Shown here: in pieces, positions 8,856 to 19,647 of the stretch
Layout of the letters: each line of letters opens with the position of its first letter
Position numbering within the stretch: the stretch's first letter is position 1
NCBI GenBank assembly: GCA_036149055.1
Contig: JAYZQJ010000018.1
Span: 1 to 35,906 of the forward strand
Source: Myxococcota bacterium
Lineage (GTDB): Bacteria > Myxococcota_A > Polyangia > Polyangiales > Sandaracinaceae
Direction of reading: 5' to 3'
Length of the DNA stretch: 35,906 nt
Translations under genes and position numbers: made by a program
Notes under the pieces: generated by a model
Database searches by the model: none
Told to the model about the DNA's origin: nothing
The model's input: only the letters and a program-made list of their open reading frames with translations

Positions 8856-9516
8856 AGCGTCCGGCGCCGCGGTGATCGCGGCCGCGATCCTCCTCGCCGC
8901 CTGCGGCGCGACGAAGGTCTCGATGCGCCCGGCCGCGCGCTCCTTCACGCCGGACGACTACGACGACATCTACGGGCACTGGACGCGCTCGGAGGACGAG
9001 TTCGCGTTCGGGCGGCTCGAGGACATCCTCCACGTCACCGCCACCTTCGAGTCGTGGGAGTTCCGCTGGGCCTACGTGGTGCGCTACGCGGCCGACTACT
9101 CGCTGCGCACGGAGGAGCGCACCCGGCTGCTCCGCTCGACCCTGGCCGACGCGCAGGAGCGGCACCGCTTCTTCGTGACGATGATCGGCAACCGGTACCG
9201 GGAGAGCGATCTGACCGACGAGCGGAGCGCGTGGCGAGTGCTGCTCGTCGACGAGGACGGCCGGCAGGTCCGGCCGATCGAGGTGACCCGGATCCGGCGC
9301 CCCGGGGCGGCGGAGCGGGTGTACTTCCCGTCGATCACCGTGCATCGCCAGGCCTTCCGGATCGCCTTCCCGACCCAGCACCCCGACGGCACGCCGGTGA
9401 TCGCGCCCGACGACGACCACGTCGTGCTCCGCTTCACCGGCGCCGAGGGGAGGGTGGACCTCCGCTGGGAGCTGGACTCCGCCGGGTCGGCCGACGCGCC
9501 CCTCGCGCTCGATTGA
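8845..9516 (+). CDS. Hypothetical lipoprotein
   Basis: Signal peptide with lipobox ILLAAC; overlaps the pyrE stop; GC-typical codon usage. Confidence 0.75.
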   Translation: MRARASGAAVIAAAILLAACGATKVSMRPAARSFTPDDYDDIYGHWTRSEDEFAFGRLEDILHVTATFESWEFRWAYVVRYAADYSLRTEERTRLLRSTLADAQERHRFFVTMIGNRYRESDLTDERSAWRVLLVDEDGRQVRPIEVTRIRRPGAAERVYFPSITVHRQAFRIAFPTQHPDGTPVIAPDDDHVVLRFTGAEGRVDLRWELDSAGSADAPLALD

Positions 9517-9550
9517 CGCGCCCGGTCGTCGACGTCGGGGCCGGGCGCCG

Positions 9551-9580
9551 TTGACAGCGCGAAGGGCGCCTCGATATCGT
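9551..9580 (+). promoter_or_regulatory. Putative sigma70-type promoter
   Basis: TTGACA(9551-9556)-18 nt-TATCGT(9575-9580); GGAGG SD before ATG 9709. Confidence 0.6.
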
Positions 9581-9708
9581 CGGCGCCGATCCGTCTCGGG
9601 CCGCCCGGGCGACGAGATTTCAATCGGACTCTCCCCCGAGCTGGCACGAGCCGCGACCCACGTCTCGGGTACGCGCCGAGGCCTGCGCGCGGGGAGGGGA
9701 GGCGAACC

Positions 9709-11478
9709 ATGAAGAGGAAGACCATCACACTGTTGCTCACCGGGATCTCGATCTCGGTGGCCATCCTCATCGGCTGCCACGCGAGCCCCGACGATCCCGC
9801 CGGGCAAGCGGAGGAGCTGTCGGACCCGGTTCGCCGCGAGAACGCGGTCGACAACCTCAACCGCCTGTACACGCAGGCGCTCGCCGCCGCGGACGGCGAC
9901 CGCACCGTCGAGACGCTCACCGGCGACGACGGCCGGCAGCGCCCGGGGCCCAAGGCGATCGCCGACGCCTCGATCGAGTCGCTGGTCCAGACCTACGTGA
10001 ACAACCCCGACGCGACCCAGCTCGGGCTGCGCATCCTGAACCTCCTGGTGGAGATGCAGGACACCCGCGCGATCCCGGCGCTCATCGAGGCGCTCGAGTG
10101 GCGCGCCGAGACGACCGAGGACCACGCGATCACCGCCGCCCAGGCGCTCCAGCGCATGGACGTCCCGGAGGACCAGAAGGGCCCGGTCATCGAGGCGCTC
10201 TCGCAGGCGCTCGACCGGGTCCAGCAGGCCCGCGGCATCGACAACCGGATGCGCATCGGCTTCATCCGCGCGCTCGGCTCGATGGAGGATCGTCGCGCCA
10301 CGCCGATGCTCACCAAGATCGCGACCCGCATCAACGAGGACCAGAACTTCCTGATCAACCGCATGGCGGCCGAGGAGGTCGGCGGGCTCGGCGACCCGGC
10401 GGCGGTCGACGACATGATCAAGGGCCTCTTCCTCTTCGCGCCCAACCGCCCCGACATGCGCATGAACGACGTCGCGGCCCAGGCGCTCGTGCAGATCGGC
10501 CGCCCGGCCTACGACCCGCTGGTCGCCCTGACCCGCGGCGAGAACGAGCTCGCGACCCGGATCGCCACCAACTACATCGGCGCCATCCGCCAGCGCGACG
10601 AGGACGCGGCGAGCAAGATGGATCCGGAGTCGGTCGTCGTCGGCGAGGGCTGCTACGCGCTCGGCCAGCTCGGCTTCCGCGAGGGGCTCGACGTGCTCGC
10701 GTCGCGCGTCACGCCGCTCACCGAGATGAACCCGCGCGACATCGGCGAGGACCACCGCGGCCGGATCGGCCAGGCGCTCGCGTGCGTCACCTCGATGGTC
10801 CAGATCAACCGTCAGGACAGCGACACGCCGCGGCTCCGCCAGGCGCTCATCGACACCTACGAGCACATCCCCGAGGACTGGCCGCCGGAGGCGCCGTACA
10901 CCTCGCGGCTGCAGGTGCTCGCGGCGATGCAGCACTCCTTCGACGCGGAGCTGCTCGACTTCCTCCACGACATCGCGGGTGACCGCGAGGCGCTCGCCGA
11001 CTTCCGCGCGGTCGCCTTCATGGCCGAGGCGATGCTCGCCGGGCGCGAGCAGGTGTCGCGGCTCCGCGCCTCGACCCAGGGCGAGCCCGAGGGCTCGGCG
11101 GTGCGCACCCGCTTCGAGGAGTTCGAGCCGGCGCTCGCCACCGCGGAGGAGTGCGGTGACAATCTCCAGTGCTACCTCGGGAAGCTCGCCGACGAGAACC
11201 CGATGGTGGTGCGCAAGGCCGCCTACATGATCGCGCGCTACGGCCGCGGCAACCAGGAGGCGGTGACGCAGCTCATCGAGCACCTCGATCACGAGGACGT
11301 CACGGTCCGCGGCGACGTGCTCTACGCGATCGACTGGATCGCCACCGAGGGGAGCCCCGAGGCGGCGGCCGAGATCGAGCGCATCCGCGAGGCCGAGGAG
11401 GGCCGCACCAGCTGGAACCAGATCAAGGATCTGGCGATGGCCGTGCGCGCGCGCCTCGGAGCCCGCAGCGGCGGCTGA
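9709..11478 (+). CDS. HEAT-repeat lipoprotein
   Basis: MKRKTITLLLTGISISVAILIGC lipobox; HEAT-like units (DPVRRENAVDNL, RAIPALIEAL, VVRKAAYMIAR, VRGDVLYAID). Confidence 0.85.
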   Translation: MKRKTITLLLTGISISVAILIGCHASPDDPAGQAEELSDPVRRENAVDNLNRLYTQALAAADGDRTVETLTGDDGRQRPGPKAIADASIESLVQTYVNNPDATQLGLRILNLLVEMQDTRAIPALIEALEWRAETTEDHAITAAQALQRMDVPEDQKGPVIEALSQALDRVQQARGIDNRMRIGFIRALGSMEDRRATPMLTKIATRINEDQNFLINRMAAEEVGGLGDPAAVDDMIKGLFLFAPNRPDMRMNDVAAQALVQIGRPAYDPLVALTRGENELATRIATNYIGAIRQRDEDAASKMDPESVVVGEGCYALGQLGFREGLDVLASRVTPLTEMNPRDIGEDHRGRIGQALACVTSMVQINRQDSDTPRLRQALIDTYEHIPEDWPPEAPYTSRLQVLAAMQHSFDAELLDFLHDIAGDREALADFRAVAFMAEAMLAGREQVSRLRASTQGEPEGSAVRTRFEEFEPALATAEECGDNLQCYLGKLADENPMVVRKAAYMIARYGRGNQEAVTQLIEHLDHEDVTVRGDVLYAIDWIATEGSPEAAAEIERIREAEEGRTSWNQIKDLAMAVRARLGARSGG

Positions 11479-11514
11479 ACTTCAGGCCCCCGGCGGGCCG
11501 AAAGCAGGGACACG

Positions 11515-13437
<1,923 letters not shown>

Positions 13438-13440
13438 CCG

Positions 13441-15021
13441 TCAGCCGTGGTTGCCGCGCGGGTCGATGACGACGGTGGCGTCGTCCTCCCAGTCGTCGAC
13501 TTCGCTCGCCGCCTCCGGCTTCGGGTTGGTCCCGGTGCGGCCGGTGGGGTTGTAGGTGGTGGGCCCGTCCTCCCAGTCCTCGGTCTGGAATTCGGGCGGC
13601 TCCATGTCGGGGCCGGGGGGCGCCGGGTTGGTGTCCCGCTCGGGGTGCTCCTCGTCGTCCGGGTGGAGCTGCTGGGTCGGGAAGTCCTCTTCGTAGAGGC
13701 CGACCGGGACGCTCGGCAGGGAGCGCACTGTGCCCGAGCTCTCGACGCCGGAGCCCTCGACGCCGGAGCCCTCGACGCCGCGCTCGGGCATCTGGGTCGC
13801 CGACAGCACGTCCTCGAGGCCCGGCGGGCGATCGGTCGGCATGTCGTCGACCTCGAAGACGTCGTCGTGGGTGGTGACGTCATCGAAGGACGGCGGCGTG
13901 AGGGTCTCCGACATCTCCTCGAGCGGGGGAGGGCGGAGCACCGAGTCGGAGGGCGGCGGCGGGATCTCCTCGCGCATCCGCGGCGGGCGGTGGGTCGGCC
14001 GGGCCTGCACGGTGTGCATCGGCGGCGGCGCGGTGGGCGCCTCCGGCGGCACCGAGACGGTCGGCGGGAGATCGGCGTCGGGCGCGGGCGCGACGTCGGG
14101 GAACGCCTCGCGCACGTACTTGCGGAGGCTCGAGATGCCGGCGTAGCAGCCGGATCCGTAGACGAAGGCCTGGAGATCGTCGTGCAGGTCGAGCGCGGTC
14201 GGGTAGCGCTCGTCGCGGTCCTTCGCGAGCGCGCGCCGCACGATCGCCTCGAGCTCCGGCGCCACCTCCGGGTTGAGCGGCTGCATCGGCGGCACCTTCG
14301 CCTCGTAGACGCGGCGGAGGGTGTCCATGTCGCTCGGCCCGAGGAAGAGGCGCTCGCCGGTGAGCATCTCGTAGAGCACGATGCCGAGGCCGAAGACGTC
14401 GACCCGGTGGTCGATCTCCTCGCCCCGCAGCTGCTCGGGCGACATGTAGGCGAGCTTGCCCTTCACCACGCCGGCCTGGGTCTGCACCATGCGGCCGCGG
14501 GCCTTGGCGAGCCCGAAGTCGGCCACCTTCACCTCGCCGTCGAAGCCGAGCAGCACGTTCTGCGGGCTGACGTCGCGGTGGATGACCTGGAGCGGCTCGC
14601 CGCGCGGCCCGGTGGCGAAGTGCGCGTGGTGCAGCGCCTCGCACATCTTCATCACGACGTGGCAGGCGATGCCCACCGGGGTGCGCCCGCCGCGCTCCTT
14701 CTCGTAGTCGTAGAGGGCGCGCAGGTCCTTGCCGGCCACGAACTCCATCGCGATGTAGAGCGTGCCCTCGGCCTTCCCGAGGTCGTGGATGGTCACGATG
14801 TTCGGGTGCTGGAGGCGGACCGCGATCTTCGCCTCGTCGATGAACATCTTGACGAAGTCGTCGTCCTCGACGAGGTGCGGGAGGATGCGCTTGATGGCGA
14901 CCAGGCGCTCGAACCCCTCGGCCCCGAAGATCTTCGCTTTGAAGACCTCGGCCATGCCCCCGACGCCGATCCGCTCGACGAGGAGGTATTTGCCGAATTT
15001 GACGGGTTGCTGGGCGCCCAA
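13441..15021 (-). CDS. Cytoplasmic Hanks-type Ser/Thr protein kinase with Pro/acidic tail (TTG start)
   Basis: IGVGGMAEVF, VAIKR, HRDVSPQN, DFG, GKLAYMSPEQ, DVFGLG; no TM helix; GGAGAGG SD upstream. The tail contains a 15-bp tandem repeat at 13741-13780 (GVEGS). Confidence 0.93.
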   Translation of the reverse strand: MGAQQPVKFGKYLLVERIGVGGMAEVFKAKIFGAEGFERLVAIKRILPHLVEDDDFVKMFIDEAKIAVRLQHPNIVTIHDLGKAEGTLYIAMEFVAGKDLRALYDYEKERGGRTPVGIACHVVMKMCEALHHAHFATGPRGEPLQVIHRDVSPQNVLLGFDGEVKVADFGLAKARGRMVQTQAGVVKGKLAYMSPEQLRGEEIDHRVDVFGLGIVLYEMLTGERLFLGPSDMDTLRRVYEAKVPPMQPLNPEVAPELEAIVRRALAKDRDERYPTALDLHDDLQAFVYGSGCYAGISSLRKYVREAFPDVAPAPDADLPPTVSVPPEAPTAPPPMHTVQARPTHRPPRMREEIPPPPSDSVLRPPPLEEMSETLTPPSFDDVTTHDDVFEVDDMPTDRPPGLEDVLSATQMPERGVEGSGVEGSGVESSGTVRSLPSVPVGLYEEDFPTQQLHPDDEEHPERDTNPAPPGPDMEPPEFQTEDWEDGPTTYNPTGRTGTNPKPEAASEVDDWEDDATVVIDPRGNHG

Positions 15022-15125
15022 TGGTCGCGTGGCCTCTCCCGGCAGCGTGCCGGCTCCGGCGGCGTGCGGTCAAGCGGCAAGCCGCCATGATGACGCTTCG
15101 AAATCGGGGCGTTAGCATGCGCGCC

Positions 15126-15308
15126 ATGGGGCGGTCGTTACGGGATGGTTCCGGGCTCTTGGCGGTGCTGTGCGGCCTCGCGGCCGTCGGCTGGGGCGTG
15201 ACCCTGCTCCGAGACCACGACTACCTCTCGGCCATCCTGATGCTGCTCACCGGGCTGGCGGTCCTGCGGGCCGGGGTCGAGCTGCTGCGCCCCACGGTCG
15301 GAGAGTGA
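15126..15308 (+). CDS. Small membrane protein (60 aa, two TM helices)
   Basis: Two hydrophobic helices; stop overlaps the next GTG (GTGA); ATGACG-17-TAGCAT promoter-like element 7 nt before the ATG. Confidence 0.7.
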   Translation: MGRSLRDGSGLLAVLCGLAAVGWGVTLLRDHDYLSAILMLLTGLAVLRAGVELLRPTVGE

Positions 15309-16231
15309 CGCGCGGTCTCATCGCCGGGCTCGTCCTCCTCTGCGGGTGCGGGTCGCCCGACGTCGCCGATCCGCCCGCGGAGGGCGACTGGGCGCGCGGC
15401 GGGGCCTCGGTCGGGGGGCGGGTGATCTCCACCGTGGACGGCCACCCCATCACCGTGGCCGACGTGCAGGCCGCGGCCCGGGCGGCCGGGGTCTCGCCGC
15501 GGGTCGCGCTGCAACGCCTGCAGGACGAGGAGCTGCTCGCGGCGGCCGCGGCGCGGGCGGGGATCGGGGAGACGGAGGGGCGGCGCGCGGCCCGTCAGGC
15601 GGCGGTCCAGCGGCTCCTGGCCGAAGAGGTGGAGGCCGCGGTCGGGCCCGACGCCGTCGATCCGGCCGCGATCGAGGCGGCCTTCGAGGAGAGCCTGGAG
15701 CGCTTCGAGCGGCCCGAGCGCCGCAGCAGCGTGCACCTCCTCGCCCGGATTTCCGAGGACGCGCCCCCCGGGGCCGAGGCGGAGGCCGAGGCCTGGATCG
15801 CGGCTCGGCACCGGGAGATCGCGGAGGCGCCGGACGCCGAGGCGGCGGTGCTCGCCTACCAGACCCGCCCTCCGGGCGATCGGGCCTTCGAGGTCCTCGC
15901 CGAGTCGGTGCCGGCGCTCCCCCGGGACGGCGCCGCCGATCCGGCCTACCTCCGCGCTCTCTTCTCGCCGGAGGCGGAGGGCCTGGTCGACGCCCCGGTG
16001 CGCACGTCGTTCGGCTGGCACGTCGTGGTGGTCACCGAGATCGAGCCGCGCTGGGAGGCCACCCGGGAGGAGGCCCTCGAGACCCTGCGCGAGGAGCGGC
16101 TCGCGTCCCTGCGGCACGCCCGGCTCACCGCGCTGCTGCAGCGGCTGGCGGCGGAGTCGGAGATCGAGGTGGATCCCGAGGCGGCCCGGGCGGCGCTCTC
16201 GAACCCGGCGCTGGCCGGAGAGGCGCCCTGA
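15305..16231 (+). CDS. Parvulin/PpiC-type peptidyl-prolyl isomerase (SurA/PrsA-like) lipoprotein
   Basis: Lipobox VLLCGC; VISTVDGHPITVADV, RRSSVHLL, GLVDAPVRTSFGWHVV. The central GGDLG motif is not recognisable. Confidence 0.8.
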   Translation: MTRGLIAGLVLLCGCGSPDVADPPAEGDWARGGASVGGRVISTVDGHPITVADVQAAARAAGVSPRVALQRLQDEELLAAAAARAGIGETEGRRAARQAAVQRLLAEEVEAAVGPDAVDPAAIEAAFEESLERFERPERRSSVHLLARISEDAPPGAEAEAEAWIAARHREIAEAPDAEAAVLAYQTRPPGDRAFEVLAESVPALPRDGAADPAYLRALFSPEAEGLVDAPVRTSFGWHVVVVTEIEPRWEATREEALETLREERLASLRHARLTALLQRLAAESEIEVDPEAARAALSNPALAGEAP

Positions 16232-16902
16232 TGCCGCCGCGCGAGCGCAGCTGGGCCAAGGAGGCGCCGCGCGACCAGGGCGAGAGCGCCTTCACACCCA
16301 TCCTGCGCCGCCTGCTCCACCGGACGACGGGGGTCATCGCGGTGTGCTTCGTGGATGGCGAGGGCGAGTGCGTCGACTACGCCTCGACGCTGTCACCGTT
16401 CGAGATCAAGGTCACCGGCGCGCAGCTGCTCGTGACGGTGGAGGAGACGGCGGAGCGGCTGCGGGCGCTGGGCTCGGGGCAGACCTGGTGGATCCACGTC
16501 CAGGGCTCGGAGCGCGAGCTCGCCTGCCGCCGGGTGAGCGAGGACTACCTGCTCGTCGTCGTCACCAAGCCGCGCGCGATGACGCGGCGGCTCATGGGCG
16601 GGATCGAGCAGACGGTGGCCGAGCTGCGCCGCGAGGCGTGCATCGACGCGCCGCTCTGGGAGACGGTCACCGGGAGCGTGCGCGTGGAGGTCCGGCGCGC
16701 CATCGGCTGGCCCTACGCCCCCGCCGCCTACGTGGACGAGCGCGGGGAGCGGATCGCGATCGACGACGTGCTCGGCCGCTGGACCGAGGGCACCGGGCGC
16801 AAGAGCAAGGTCGCGTTCCGGGTCCGCACCGAGGGCGGCGAGGAGCTGACGCTGGTGCACCACCGCGCCGCCGATCGCTGGGAGCGCCAACCGGAGAGGT
16901 GA
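16231..16902 (+). CDS. Roadblock/LC7 (MglB/MglC-like) domain fused to a DUF6504-like C-terminal domain
   Basis: N-terminal FTPILRRLL...GVIAVCFVDGEGECVD...VSEDYLLVVV roadblock pattern; C-terminal PAAY...IDDVLGRW...FRVRTEGGEELTL...W. TGATG coupling. Confidence 0.65.
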   Translation: MPPRERSWAKEAPRDQGESAFTPILRRLLHRTTGVIAVCFVDGEGECVDYASTLSPFEIKVTGAQLLVTVEETAERLRALGSGQTWWIHVQGSERELACRRVSEDYLLVVVTKPRAMTRRLMGGIEQTVAELRREACIDAPLWETVTGSVRVEVRRAIGWPYAPAAYVDERGERIAIDDVLGRWTEGTGRKSKVAFRVRTEGGEELTLVHHRAADRWERQPER

Positions 16903-16904
16903 GC

Positions 16905-18266
16905 TCAGGCGGCCATCCAGAGCAGGCAGCCGACCATCCAGGCGCCGCCGACGAGCAGGAAGAGCGCGGTGTACCCGAGGATGTCGCGGGCGCGGATGCC
17001 GGTGATGGCGAGGAGCGGCAGCGCCCAGAAGGGTTGCAGCATGTTCGTCCACTGGTCGCCGTAGGCGACGGCCATGATCACCTGCTCGACCGGGATGTCG
17101 AACGCGCGCGCCGCCTCGACCGCGATCGGGCCCTGGACCGCCCACTGGCCGCCGCCGCTCGGCACGAAGAGGTTCACCAGGCCGGCCGAGAGGAAGGTGA
17201 TGGCCGGGTAGGTCTCCGCGCTCGCGTGGCTCGCGAGCCAGCCGGCGATCTCCCGCGCGAGGCCGGTGCTGCGCATCACGCCCATGATCCCCGCGTAGAA
17301 CGGGAACTGCAGCACGATGCCGGCCGCGCCCCGGGTCGCCTCGGAGATCGCGCTCGCGTAGCGGGACAGCGAGCCGTGGAGGAGGAGGCCGAGGGTCAGG
17401 AACACGAGGTTGATCGCGTTCGGGTCGAGCGCGCCGATGCCGACCTCGACGAACCAGAGCCCGATCGCGACGGCGAGCGGCACGGCGATCAGCAGCATCG
17501 TGAGCGGGCTCCGCTCGATCTTCTCGGGCACCGTCTCGGCCGGCGGCTCCGGCGGGGCCGGCTCCGGCGCGGGCACGAAGTCGTCGATGGGCGCCGCGCC
17601 CTCGCGCGGGGCGAGGAGCGCGCACAGGAGGGGCACGATCACGAGCAGCCCCCCGGTGACGACGAGGTTGCCGGCCCCGAGCACGGTGTCGGTGAAGGGC
17701 ACCGGGTCGACGGTCGCGGCGAGCTCCGGCCCGAGGAAGCGCTCCACGTCGGGCGGGGTCGTCATCTTCAGGGGCGCGGTGCCCGAGAGGCCGCCGTGCC
17801 AGCAGATGAAGCCGCCATACCCCGCGGCCACGAGGAGCGGGTAGTGCGCCTCGACGCCGCGCTCGCGGCAGGCGCGGCCGACGTCGCGGGCGAGCAGGGC
17901 CCCGACGATCAGGCCGAGCCCCCAGTTCAGCAGCGCGGCGACCATCGCGCCGGCCGCGACGAGGGCCGCGGCCTGGGCGCCGGTCCGGGGCAGGCGGGCC
18001 AGGCGGGCGATCGAGGCGCGCACCGGGCGGGTGGCCGCGAGGGCGTGCCCGGTGACGAGGATCAGCACCATCTGCATCGAGAACGCGAGCAGGCTCCAGA
18101 ACCCGGAGTCCCCCTGCCAGGCGCGGACCACCTCGAAGGGCGAGGCGCCGGTGACGATCGCGGCGAGCGCGAAGACCACGAGGGTCAGGCCGACCGCGAG
18201 CACGAAGGGGTCGGGGGTGGTCGCGCGGAAGAGGCGCTCGAAGCGGTGACCGAGCTGGCTGAGCAT
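16905..18266 (-). CDS. atoE: Short-chain fatty acid transporter (AtoE family)
   Basis: PDPFVLA, FSMQMVLILVTGH, QFPFYAGIMG, VPSGGGQWAVQGP, AYGDQWTNMLQPFWALP; many TM helices. Start 18266 or 18278. Confidence 0.9.
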   Translation of the reverse strand: MLSQLGHRFERLFRATTPDPFVLAVGLTLVVFALAAIVTGASPFEVVRAWQGDSGFWSLLAFSMQMVLILVTGHALAATRPVRASIARLARLPRTGAQAAALVAAGAMVAALLNWGLGLIVGALLARDVGRACRERGVEAHYPLLVAAGYGGFICWHGGLSGTAPLKMTTPPDVERFLGPELAATVDPVPFTDTVLGAGNLVVTGGLLVIVPLLCALLAPREGAAPIDDFVPAPEPAPPEPPAETVPEKIERSPLTMLLIAVPLAVAIGLWFVEVGIGALDPNAINLVFLTLGLLLHGSLSRYASAISEATRGAAGIVLQFPFYAGIMGVMRSTGLAREIAGWLASHASAETYPAITFLSAGLVNLFVPSGGGQWAVQGPIAVEAARAFDIPVEQVIMAVAYGDQWTNMLQPFWALPLLAITGIRARDILGYTALFLLVGGAWMVGCLLWMAA

Positions 18267-18330
18267 CGGCGCATCCATATCGCGTCGCGAGACCTTCGGA
18301 AAAGCGGAGCCGGCGTGCTAGCATCGCGCC

Positions 18331-19644
18331 GTGAGCCGACGTTGTCCGTCCTGCGGGACCGAGTACCCGGACGACACCGCGTTCTGCGGTCACGACGGGA
18401 GCGTCAACATCCAGGTGCAGCCGGAGGACGAGGAGAAGGATCCTCGGCTCGGCGAGAAGCTGGGTCAGTACATCGTGGCCGCCCACATCGCCGACGGCGC
18501 GATGGGCGCGGTCTACGAGGCGCGCAACGCCGAGACGCGCGAGCGCGTGGCGGTGAAGGTGCTCCACACCGACGTGGAGGAGGACGAGATCGCGGTCGAG
18601 CGCTTCAAGCGCGAGTACGAGACCGCCGACATGTTCGACCACCCGCACATCGTGAAGGTGATCGACTTCGGCGAGACCGCGGACGGCCAGCACTACATGA
18701 CGATGGAGTATCTCGAGGGCATCGAGCTCGGCGAGGTGCTCCGGAACGACGGCGCGCAGGACCCGGCGCGGGCGCTGCGCATCTGCGCGCAGGTCGCCGA
18801 CGCCCTCGACCACGCGCACTCGTTCGGCGTCATCCACCGCGATCTGAAGCCGGACAACATCTTCCTGGTCCGCACCGAGGCGGGCGACGACGTGCGCATC
18901 CTCGACTTCGGCTCGGTGAAGCTGCAGGTGGAGACCGGCCCGAAGCTCACTGCCTTCGGGACCACGCTCGGCTCGCCGTACTACATGTCGCCGGAGCAGG
19001 CGAAGGGCCTGCCCGACGTCGACAACCGCACCGACGTGTTCGCGGTCGGCGCGATCCTCTACGAGCTGTCGAGCGGCAAGATCGCGTTCGAGGCGCCGAC
19101 GGTCGCCGAGATCCTGATGAAGATCGTGCGCCTGATGCCGGACCCGCTGACGACGGTGGCTCCGCAGGTGCCCGCCGCCCTCGAGCAGGTGGTGGTGAAG
19201 GCGATCGCGAAGAAGAAAGAGGAGCGCTACGCGACGCCCACCGAGCTGGTGGACGCGGCCTTCGCCGCGTACGGCATCGAGGGTGGCGCCGCCGCGTGGT
19301 CCGAGCGCCCCCAGAGCGAGCTCGCCGAGGCCCTGCTGGCCGCCGCGTCTCGACCCGCCGCGCCGGCCGAGCCGCCGCCGACCGAGTCCTCGAGCGAGCC
19401 GAGCGAGTCGTCGCCGAGCCCGGAGGCGGCGAGCGCCCCCGCGCCCAGCCCTGCGCCCAGCCCTGCTGCCCCCAGCCCGGCAGCTCCGCCGGCGACGAAG
19501 ATGGATCCGCCGCCGGCGCCGATGACCGCCGAGGCGGTCCCGGGGCTGGGCTCCGGCAACAAGATGCTGCTGTTCGCCGCGCTCGCCGGGGTCGGCCTGC
19601 TGCTGCTCGGTGGCCTCGCGATCGCGCTCGCGATCCTGCTCTGA
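18331..19644 (+). CDS. Ser/Thr protein kinase with N-terminal zinc ribbon and C-terminal membrane anchor
   Basis: CPSCG...FCGHDG, VAVKVL, HRDLKPDN, DFG, GSPYYMSPEQ, Pro/Ser/Ala linker, terminal hydrophobic helix. Confidence 0.93.
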   Translation: MSRRCPSCGTEYPDDTAFCGHDGSVNIQVQPEDEEKDPRLGEKLGQYIVAAHIADGAMGAVYEARNAETRERVAVKVLHTDVEEDEIAVERFKREYETADMFDHPHIVKVIDFGETADGQHYMTMEYLEGIELGEVLRNDGAQDPARALRICAQVADALDHAHSFGVIHRDLKPDNIFLVRTEAGDDVRILDFGSVKLQVETGPKLTAFGTTLGSPYYMSPEQAKGLPDVDNRTDVFAVGAILYELSSGKIAFEAPTVAEILMKIVRLMPDPLTTVAPQVPAALEQVVVKAIAKKKEERYATPTELVDAAFAAYGIEGGAAAWSERPQSELAEALLAAASRPAAPAEPPPTESSSEPSESSPSPEAASAPAPSPAPSPAAPSPAAPPATKMDPPPAPMTAEAVPGLGSGNKMLLFAALAGVGLLLLGGLAIALAILL

Positions 19645-19647
19645 GGG

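Noticed and set aside
9519..9547. Hairpin after the lipoprotein gene as a terminator
   Set aside because: Only a 7-bp GC stem with a long loop and no U-tract; likely by chance at this GC content.
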